Origin: Squalus acanthias
Taxonomy: Eukaryota
Assembly: GCA_030390025.1 (NCBI GenBank)
Contig: CM059433.1
Span: forward strand, 18,540,001 to 18,604,000
Reading direction: 5' to 3'
DNA: 64,000 bases
Every line of letters begins with the position of its first letter. The stretch's first letter is position 1. This document shows positions 12,492 to 22,639 of this stretch, one piece after another. The notes beneath the pieces were generated by a model. It searched no databases and was not told the DNA's origin. It saw only the letters and a program-made list of their open reading frames with translations. Position numbers and translations under genes: made by a program.

Positions 12492-13540
12492 AATATATTG
12501 CTACTTGTTTGCAATATGGTAATGTTTAGAAATAGTAATTAATGATGGATTTGATTTGCATAATTCTTTACAAGTGGGTAGGTTGCAAAGACTGGCTCTG
12601 TTCTCATTACTGAAACATTTAGGGGCCAGTGATGAAGTACATGTGCACACTACCCTCTCCTGGCCATCATAATGTGATTCCAGCCAGGCAGGGTAAATCA
12701 GGTGTTGCTGGCTGTGAATCAGTTTTGAAGCTAATGATCTCGGACTGATAGCACAGTATATCCACAGACTTAACCTGCTGCTGTTTTACTCAATTATATT
12801 TTAGTTGCTCTCTCCTGCCCTTTAAATAATTATCCTTCATCCTCATCAAATATTTTTTCTTGGGGAGAAGAAGCATCATTCTCATCATTGGTCTGAATAT
12901 ATTTCACAATCCAGTAGAAATTGCAAGATTCAGCTGTATTTTTCGGTGTATATTTGCAAATATGCATTTATACAGTGTTCTCTTAAATCATAATACGATA
13001 ACAATTTTCAAATAAAAATAATAAAATAAAGCAACAAAAAGGTTCCTTTTAAAATATTAAGAATCTACTGCCATTGTTTTGTTATAACCTGAATTTCCTT
13101 GTAACTCCGTATTTAAAGTTCTGATTGACATTTACTGTTATACTGACTGATGTCAGCCATTATACTCAGCTTCAGCACAACTGACATACTGTAGTGGTAA
13201 CAATTCAGATAACATTTATATTAAATATTAAGGCAGGACATTTTAGAGTGACTTTTACTTCTGAAGCTGTCATGTTTCATCTAACAAAACAAGTGTCACT
13301 GACTGAGGCCAGGTAGTCACAGTAAGAGAAGTAATTACAGAGCTGGAGAAAGGGCTGTTAGGAGTCACTTAGATTCCAACAGGCAAATAGATAAGTCATA
13401 CTCTTGGAGAAAGCAGTAATTGTATGAAACCATAAAATATACTACTATCACCTTTTGACAATGAAGGTTTGTAACAATGCAGAAAGCAAACATTTGATAC
13501 CCATGACTTTGTAGTCTCTTGTCAAGTTCTTAAGCAGAAC

Positions 13541-14795
13541 CACAACAACTTGTATTTATATAGCGCCTTTAACGTAGTAAAACGTCTCAAGGTGCTTCAG
13601 AGGAGTATTATAAGACAAAAAATTTGACACCGAGCCACATAAGGAGAAATTAGGGCAGGTGACCAAAAGCTTGGTCAAAGAGGTAGGCTTTAGGGAGCAT
13701 CTTAAAGGAGGAAAGAGAGGTAAGCGAGGCGGAGAGGTTTAGGCAGGGAATTCCAGAGCTTAGAGCCTAGGCAACAGAAGGCATAGCCACCAAAGGTTGA
13801 GCGATTATAATCAGGGATGCTTCAGAGGGCAGAATTAGAGGAGCGCAGATATCACGGTGGGGGGTTGTGGGGCTGGAGGAGATTACAGAGATAGGGAGGG
13901 GCGAGGCCATGGAGGGATTGAACAAGGACGAGAATTTTGAAATTGAAGTGTTACTTTACCGGAGGCCAATGTAGGTCAGCGAGCACAGGGGTGATGGGTG
14001 AACGGGACTTGGTGCGAGTTCGGACACAGGCAGCCGAGTTTTGGATGACCTCAAGTTTACGTAGGGTAGAATGTGGGAGGCCAGCCAGGAGTGCGTTGGA
14101 ATAGTCAAGTCTAGAGGTAACAAATGCATAGATAAGGGTTTCAGCAGTGGATGAGCTGAGGCAAGGGCGGAGACGGGTGATGTTACGGAGGTGGAAATAG
14201 GTGGTCGGAAGCTCATTTAAGGGTCAAATATGGCACCAAGGTTGCGAACAGTGTGGTTCAGCCTCGGACAGATGTTAGGGAGAGGGATGGAGTCAGTGGC
14301 TAGGGAATGGAGTTTGTGGTGGGGACCAAAAACAATGGCTTCGGTCTTCACAATATTTAATTGGAGAAAATTTCTGCTCGTCCAGAACTGTATGTCGGAC
14401 AAGCAGTCTGACAATTTCGAGACTGTGGAGGGGTCGGGAGAAGCGGTGGTGAGGTAGAGCTGGGTGTCGTCAGTGTACATGTGGAAACTGACGCAGTGTT
14501 TTCGGATGATGCCGCCAAGGGGCAGCATGTAGATGAGAAATAGGAGGGGGCCAAAGATAGATACTTGGGGGACACCAGAGGTAATGGTGCGGGAACGGGA
14601 AGAGAAGCCATTGCAGGTGGTTCTCTGGCTACGATTAGATAGATAAGAATGGAACCAGGCGAGTTCAGTCCCACCCAGCTGGACGACGGTGGAGAGGCGT
14701 TGGAGGAGGATGGAGTGGTCAACCATGTCAAAGGCTGCAGAAAATCAAGAAGGACGAGGAGGGATAGTTTACCTTTGTCACAGTCACAAAGGATG
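13541..14795 (-). mobile_element. L2-clade LINE 3' fragment (RT and tail)
   Basis: ORF 14217-14726 has DHSILLQRL, SGVPQ and YTDDTQLYL. Tail reads ttttactacgttaaaggcgctatataaatacaagttgttg. Confidence 0.9.
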
Positions 14796-15716
14796 TTTAT
14801 ATATATATATATATTTATTTTGAATCAGCAACCGATGGAAAGGAATTTTTTTTGTTGCTAAAACTGCTAATATTGTAATTTCACCACAAAGAATCTCTCA
14901 AATTAAAATATAATTATAAATAACTTGGCCAGTATAAGATAGCTATCCTGTTCTCCAGCAGAGCATGATAATGGGACAAACATCATATGTGCAATGCCCA
15001 AGAATCCTCATCGGATTTTTCATGTGTGTCAGGCTTCCTTTCCTGTATTTCCCTGTACGTTTATTATTTCTTCTGCATATTTCCCAGTGCAAAGTAGAGA
15101 AGTAATGGAACTGCATTCAGACTTTTCTTGATGGCTTGTCGTGAGTGCAGAAGAGTTTTGTTTAAATCAAAGGCCGCACTGAGATGTTACTAACCTACTA
15201 TTTCCTCTCGGGTTGCTTTCCTTTTCTATCCTAACTTTTTTTTTTGAGGCTGTATTCCTTTTCTGCTTCATTTTCTTCGTGTGGTTTTGCTGTTCCTCTC
15301 TCCTGTTGTGCCAAATTCCATTCAACAAATCGCCACTGAGATTCTTGGAGCGGTTTCGTGATCACAAAGAATCATGGAGTAGCTTGGAGACCGTTTTAAT
15401 TGTTTACACGGGCGTGCCCATTCTAGAGATGAGAGCATACACCCTGTGATACCTGTTCTTCTTCCTGATGTACAGACAGGCAGATGTAGATATGATTGCG
15501 TGTTTAAAGGATTGATTCCCAAACATTATCAACAGAAATTAAATGACACAAAAATTACACTTTAAAAAAAAAACATACAGCTCTAACTATGTTAAAAATG
15601 TTCTACTTTTCAAATTGTTTGTACTTTGGTGCAACTCAGTATTTTCAGTATAGTAATTTAAGTAATAATTTGTCTGAATTTTTGCCTGTAGGTTTGGGTA
15701 AAGACAATTGGTCACC

Positions 15717-15838
15717 ATGGCAACAAAGGTGGTGCCATTTTACCAAAGGAAACACAAACACTATGGCTATGATTACCGCAACATTGACAGTCGCTTCCTC
15801 GTCAAGGAGTATACCAGCAAAAGTAGCTCCAGCAAAAG
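15717..15838 (+). CDS. MYOM2: Myomesin-2 first coding exon (exon 2; exon starts 15692), N-terminal head
   Basis: Acceptor tgtag|G, strong Kozak gtcaccATGG, donor AG|gtgagg (phase 2). Translates MATKVVPFYQRKHKHYGYDYRNIDSRFLVKEYTSKSSSSK, similar to the recalled MYOM2 N-terminus (VPFYQKRH...YRN). Confidence 0.9.
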
Positions 15839-16174
15839 GTGAGGAGCACCAGACCATCTTCCCACCTGGACTAGACACGGAGTAATGTGAAATGAGTTGG
15901 GCAGTCCCAAAGCCATTAGCTGGTAGATGAACTTGCAAAATGATTTTGCGAGGATTATTTTTCACAATACACCACAGACCTGGCAGTCACACCCTTACAT
16001 GAAGGAGTTCCTTCTAGTATTTGATTTAAATTAACTTTTCACTGGTCTTTTACTGTTGCTCTCTGACCCTATTAGCTGAGTCACTTAATATATTATATAC
16101 TGCAACAATTTCCTCTTTCAGCTGTGGAGTTTGAGATTATTAACCTTTCCTCGTAACTTCAGCCCCTACACTTG

Positions 16175-16727
16175 GATTCCCACATTCTACCCTACGTAAA
16201 CTTGAGGTCATTCAAAACTCGGCTGCCCGTGTCCTAACTTGCACCAAGTCCCGTTCGCCCATCACCCCTGTGCTCACTGACCTACATTGGCTCCCGGTTA
16301 AGCAGCGCCTCGATTTCAAAATTCTCTTCCTTGTTTTCAAATCCCTCTATGGCCTCGCCCCTCCCTATCTCTGTAATCTCCTCCAGCCCCACAACCCTCC
16401 CCCCCCCGAGATATCTGCGCTCCTCTAATTCTGCCCTCTTGAACATCCCTGATTATAATCGCTCAAACATTGGTGGCCGTGCCTTCTGTTGCCTAGGCCC
16501 TAAGCTCTGGAATTCCCTCCCTAAACCTCTCCGCCTCGCTACCTCTCTTTCCTCCTTTAAGACGCTCCTTAAAACCTACCTCTTTGACCAAGCTTTTGGT
16601 CACTTGCCCTAATTTCTCCTTATGAGACTCGGTGTGAAATTTGTTTTGTTGTCTTTTAATACTCCTGTGAAGCGCCTTGGGACGTTTTACTACGTTAAAG
16701 GCGCTATATAAAGACTTGTTGTTGTTG
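16175..16727 (+). mobile_element. L2-clade LINE 3' fragment
   Basis: GGRAFCCLGPKLWNSLP...FKTLLKTYLF. Reverse complement of ~13545-14078. Confidence 0.9.
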
Positions 16728-17039
16728 TGTATTGATCAGTGTTGCTCTTCTCTGCACATTGTCCAATACTTGCACATCCCTTTCGCAGCATGACAACGCT
16801 GCAGTTGTCACTTCATTTCAAGTAAAGAAAAATAATGAATTGACAGATTTGATTAGCGATATTATCGTCAATAATCACTTAATTGCACATTTCTTGATTT
16901 CCACATTTGTCACAGTACATTAAATGTATGACTGAATTGTTTTAATAACCAGACAGCCACTGTGTAGGAACAGAAGAATAATGACGCAGCATTACAGATG
17001 TGTCACAGTAAGAGAGCGTATGAGATGTTCGAAATCCCA

Positions 17040-18265
17040 CGGGTATTACTTTGACATTTTTGAAGAGGTTACTAACATGGTAAATAAGGGATGTTATTTT
17101 CATAGACTTGCAGAAGGCATTCGATTAGGTTTCACACAAAGAGACTGTTAACAAAAATGAGAGCACGTGGAATTGGAGGCATCCTATAGACATGGGTAGG
17201 GAATTGGTTAGAAGGTAGGAGGCAGAAAGTAGGGATAATGGGTATGTACTCTAATTGGCAGGATGTGACCAGTGGTGCCCCCAAGGAATCTGTACTAGGG
17301 CCTCAACTTTTCACTATATTTATCAACGGCTTAGATGAAGGAAGAGGGAGCTGTATATACAAGTTTGCTGATGACACTAAGTTAGGTGGCACAGTAAATA
17401 GTGTAGCTGGGAGCAGAAAGTTGCAAAGGGACATTGATCGACTAAGTGAATGGGCAAAACTGTGACAGATCAAATTCAGTGTGAGGTCATCCATTTTGGA
17501 CCCAAGAAAGATAGGTCAGAGTATTTTTTAAATGGTGAGAAGCTCGGAACTGTGGAGGAGCGGAGAGATTTAGAGGTCCATGTACAGAAATCACTAAAAG
17601 CTACTGGACAGATACAAAAAAAATGAAAAAGACTAATGGAATGTTGGGTCTTTAGCGCAAGAGGGCTGGAATACAAAGGGTTAGAAGTTATGCTACAGTT
17701 GTATAAAACTCTGGTTAGACCCCACCTGGAGTACTGTGTTCAGTTCTGGGCATTGCACCTCAGGAAGGATATGCTGGCCTTAGAGGGGGTGCAGTGCAAA
17801 TTCACCAGAATGATACTGGGGCTAAAAGGGTTAAATTCTAAGGACAGATTGTATAGATTAGGCTTGTATTCCCTTGGGTATAGAAGATCAAGGGGTGATC
17901 TTATTGAGGTGTTTAAGATGATTAATGGATTTGATGGGGTAGCTAGAGAGAAACTAATTTCTCGGGTTGGGGGGAAAAACCTTTAAATTAGAGCTAGGTC
18001 ATTCAGGGGTAATGTCAGAAAGCACTTCTTAACACAAAGGGTAGTGAAAATCTGGAACTCTTTCCCCGCCCCCTCCCCACCCCCCCAAAAAAAAAGCTGT
18101 TGAGGCTAGGTCAATTGAAAATTTCAAAAATGAGATTGATAGATTTTTGTTAGGCAAGGGCTAAGGAACAAAGGCGGTTAAATGGAGTTAAGATACAGAT
18201 CAGCCATGATCTAATGGAAGGGTGGAGCAGGCTTGATGGGTTGAATAGACTCCATCTGTTCATAT
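17040..18265 (+). mobile_element. Degraded CR1 LINE RT and 3' fragment
   Basis: [23 protein letters not shown] and LVRPHLEYCVQFW motifs with several frameshifts, followed by a CR1 3' tail. Confidence 0.9.
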
Positions 18266-19309
18266 GGAATCTCTCGTGACACAATGTGCTGATATATCAG
18301 TGTGCCACACCACAGAGTACCAGGACATGGATTCCTGCCTGTGCTCCTCCACATAAAAGACCAGTCTCGGTTCAGAAACCAGCAACTTTTCCACAAGGAG
18401 AGGGACAATCTATGGGCACTGCACTTACAGACCTGCCAGTGTCTTTGTCAGAAGCCATTGAAATCAATGGGAGGAAAATTGGGTGGGTTCTACAATGGGT
18501 GGGAAGGTAAAAATTACCCCCATATTATCTAAATGATCTAATGTGGTCTTCACAAAGCAATAGGTTACATACATTTTTATTGTCTGAGCAGTGGGCCCAC
18601 AATCTAAAACCACAATTTGAATTTGATGTACTAAGTCTCAGCATGGTCCCCAACTGCTCCTTAGTAGATCCAATTTTGGAATAGAAGGCCTTTAATCTAC
18701 AAACATAGAAACAATGACGGACAGAAAAAGACCCACTGGTCCAACCAGCCTGTTCCACACAACTGCAATGCCTTGTGCACCGCAATATATACACTCCCCA
18801 CCCCACCAGGAAGCTTTGTCATCTCCTGGGACAGTCGAAGAAACAGATTAAAAACCCAGGCCAATTCGAGAGAAAAGAAATCTGGAGAAATTGCTCTCCG
18901 ACCCCCTTAGGCGATCGAATCTAGGCCAGGAGATCACTCTGGCTCTGATTAAGGCCCTTGAATCTCAGTAAATATATTAAGTCTTCTGCCACCCTTGCCC
19001 AAACGTGGAACTTTCTAGAGGTTGCTTTGTAGTCGCTTTACAACCAGGAGTCAGAGGAATTTCCCAAATTTTTCCCCCCGCCAAATTAGTCTTTTTTTAA
19101 AATCTGATTTTTCGCCTCGCCCGGGAGATCACATGGTTTGGGTGGGGTGGAGAGTGTATATATTGTGGTGCACAAGGTATCTCATTGTGCGGAGTGATTA
19201 TTTCCACGGTGTTCTGAGTCTCTCGACGCATGCGCCCCTGTTTGGTACTGCGGATGCCCACTCGATCCGGTCGCGCATGTGCATGAGGATCCCCGTGGAT
19301 TGCATGAGG

Positions 19310-19805
19310 TTGTGGGGGGGGGGCGGCGGGGAGAGGAGAGGGGATCGAAGGTGTGGGTGGAAGAGAGGAGCTCTGAGGGGAGAGAGGAGCTCACGGGGGG
19401 AGAGAAAGGAACTCTCGGGGAAGAGAGAGAGGAGCTCGCGTGAGGGAGAGAGGAGCTCTTGGGGAGGGGAGAGAGAGGGAGAGGAGCTCGAGGGTGGGAA
19501 GCTTGGGGGTGGGGAGAGAGGAGCTCGCAGGGGGAGAAGAGAGAAACTCGGGGGTTGGGGGGGGAGAAGGTCAGGAACTCGGTGGTTGGGAGAAGGTCAG
19601 GAGCTCAGGGAGGGGTGAAGTTCAGGAACTCGGCGGTGGGGGGGGTGGTGTGGGAGAAGGTCAGGGGCTCGGGGAGAAGGTTAGGAGCTTGGGAGGAGGG
19701 GAGAAGGTCAGGAACTCGGGATGGGAGGTCAGGAACCCAGTGAGAGAAGGTCAGGAATTCGGGTGACAAGGTTTGGAACTCGGCAGGGGGAAAGGTCAGG
19801 AACTG
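19310..19805 (+). repeat. G-rich degenerate tandem repeat (gagaggagctc.. grading into gagaaggtcaggaactcgggg)
   Basis: About 20 purine-rich units separated by G runs, visible directly. Confidence 0.85.
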
Positions 19806-21229
19806 TTAAGCCTGGATCACGTTCTTCCACTCCCATCCAATGTTCCGCCTAAATATTTTTGGGTGCACAGTCCCTTTAACTGACTGCGCGGCCCAATCTC
19901 CCATTTGAAACGCTGGTCCCGGGCTGTGCGGGACCTCCCACTAAGCTGTGCAGCTGTCTGGAACGTTGCCCTCTTCACCCCCACCCACCCTCCCTCCCAA
20001 TGTTCTCCTGGCCAGCTTCCCATCTTCCACCCTCAATGAACTTGAGCCCATCCAAAACTCTGCTGCCATGTCCTAACACACAGCAAGTCTTATTCACCCA
20101 TCACCCCTATGCTCGTTGACCTACATTGGCTCATGGTCCACCAACACCTTGATTTTAAAGTTTTCATCCTCATGTTGAAATCCCTCCATGGTCTCGCCCC
20201 TTCCTATCTGAACTCGGCAGTGTGAGCGCGGGGAGTGCTCCTAACCCGGGAGGGTGAGCCCTGCCTGTTCCCTGAAAGCAGTAGTGTTAGCACTATGAGC
20301 TCTGGAGCCTGCCTGCGACAATGACTGGATCAAATTACACATTGCAGCGATCTTCATTGCTCTCCAGCAGGCAGGATCAAATTACACATTCCAGACAAAC
20401 GGTTGGGTGTGACTTGTCCTCCAAGGGAACCAATCAGAAATCTGGTGTTGCAAATCGATGCAACCCAAATTGTGTGGGACAGGCTGGATGGATCAGAGGG
20501 TCATTTCCTGTCTGTCATTGTTCGTATGTTCATAGGACATTCCATTCAGGTGCGGGCTCTTTCTTTTTATCCTGAAGAAAGAGTGTCCAGTGACCCTGAA
20601 AGCTGCCGTACTTGCATCTATTAAAGTGATCCAGTCCGATAAAAGATATCGGATGTACTTGGAGACAGGATTCTATTAGCAACTGCACTGCTGGGATTGC
20701 AGTTTGCTGTGCAGCTGTTCTGAGGTTGGTGCTTGAATTGTCGCATACTGTAGACCTTCTCAGCTGTTCTTGACACCCAGTTTCGACTTGAAGCCTCATT
20801 GATCTACCTCCTTCCGCAGCTCTGCAACTCTTCAAGCATCACCAGTTGCAGTGACCTCTGATTTATGCATAAATTGAATTCTGAAGAAAATCCAAAAGTC
20901 CCTCTAACTTTAAAACATATCTTTCAGTTTGCATGTGATTACTGAGCTATATCTTTATCTTTCATGAATTGAATAATGTTTAATTCTGAACATTATATAT
21001 AGAATAGAAGGGTGAATTACAAAGCTGTCATCTGATATGGGCTTTTTGATGACTGTCATGTACTACTCACACTTCTCTTCCATAGTTTACAAGATCAGCT
21101 GAATCCATTATTAGCCTGTTGTAACCTTGCACTTTACTCTTCCCTGTCTTTTATGTTTCATACTGTATGCAAGACTTTTTAAAAGAAATCGGGTGCAATT
21201 TTGCAAGTGTCACTGTACTCTAATAGTTA

Positions 21230-22022
21230 GGGGGTGATTTTGCCAATGGGGAGCTTTTGGAGGCGGGACTCCCACTTGTCGGGTTTCAGTCCCGCCTCCA
21301 ACAACTTCTGGCCAACCCACGCTATTTTCCCTTGATTGACCTTGTTAAGCCCGCCCAGAGGGCTTAGCAGGCCAATTAAGGGAAAGCCGGTTGCAGAGAA
21401 CGTCAACATATGACGTTTCATCTGTCAAATTTTTGACAGATGAATTGTCATCGTTTGACAGCTCTGTGAAGCTGTCAAACACTGACATTCTCTGTAGTTT
21501 GATGAGGTCTTGAATTCAAGACCTCATTAAACCTCTTTCTTTTGCAGAAATGAGATGGTTGTTGCATTGGAGAATGCAACGGCCATCTGTCATCTCCAGT
21601 GCGGAGGTGGGAGACTCTCCGCATACACACCGACTGAAGCCTGCAGGAAGAAACAAAGGTAAATACACTTTTACTAACACTTTGCACTTACCTCAGATGC
21701 TCACCTCTCCACTCTTGCACCCATCACTTGCCCCCCCGCAGACCCGCTACTCGCCTCGCTGAGCTGGCGGGTTTCGGAGCCTTCGGGAAGCCCGCACTTG
21801 TGTGGGCAAAAAGGGGATAATCCTATTTTCTGCCTGTTAACAGGCAGTTAATAGGCTTTAATCCCTTCCTGCCTCCAAGGAGATGGGACCCGGCGTGGGA
21901 CGGCTACCCGTCTCCCGGGAAGATGGCATGGAGGTGGGTTGGGCACCCACCCCCAAATGCTGCCATTTTCCCGGCAGTTCCGCCTGCATACCCATCTCCC
22001 CAGGGCTGGCAAGATCGCGCCC
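21230..22022. mobile_element. PIF/Harbinger-type MITE
   Basis: TIRs gggggtgattttgcca / tggcaagatcgcgccc (13/16 match), TTA on both flanks (21227-21229, 22023-22025) and an internal hairpin ttcatctgtcaaa/tttgacagatgaa. Confidence 0.75.
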
Positions 22023-22639
22023 TTAGTTCCAGGAATTGTGAGGTGAACAAATAGCTGAGTTAATGCACAGAAGTGTTCACAAACAGCTACACAACTTGGG
22101 ATCTCACCATTACTGTTGTGGCGGTGTGGAGATGAAGGGAAGGGTTGAGGCCCCAAAACATGCTGTTGGATTTTCTTCGGGTCCTGTAGGAATGAACGTC
22201 TTGGGCCACTGTACTCTCGCCCCCATGGTACGTAAATGGGCAGGGTTTGCTACAGCGCCACATATCCCTCACTTCCCACCCGGTGGCACAGAATGCTTTA
22301 GGGGAAGAAACATTGAGGCATGCTTGTGGCAGACCAGAGGTGCTCCATACCCAAAGGCCATGGGGACCAGATAAGTACGTTCTTTTGTTAGTAGATGGTT
22401 TAAATTTTTTGTAAAATTTTTTGAAGTTTCAGTAAGATTTTTTTAAACATTTCTTTAAGTTTCTTAAGGTATCTAAGGCTTTCTAAATTATTTTAAGTCT
22501 TTTAAAAGTATTTTTACCATATTTCTAAGTCTTGAGATTGTGGACTCGGTCTCAGCAAGCACCAGGGTTTCCTCGGGGCCTCCCCTGCTTTGAGGAGGAA
22601 AAGAAGGTTCAGGAAGCCCACTGCGGGGTTATCAAGTTG

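Noticed and set aside
19022..19766. Gly/Arg/Glu-rich ORFs
   Set aside because: Low-complexity translation of a G-rich repeat, with no splice or homology support.
20810..20880. Acceptor-like ccttccgcag followed by Ser/Ala-rich codons, a possible extra head exon
   Set aside because: There is no convincing donor before an in-frame stop.
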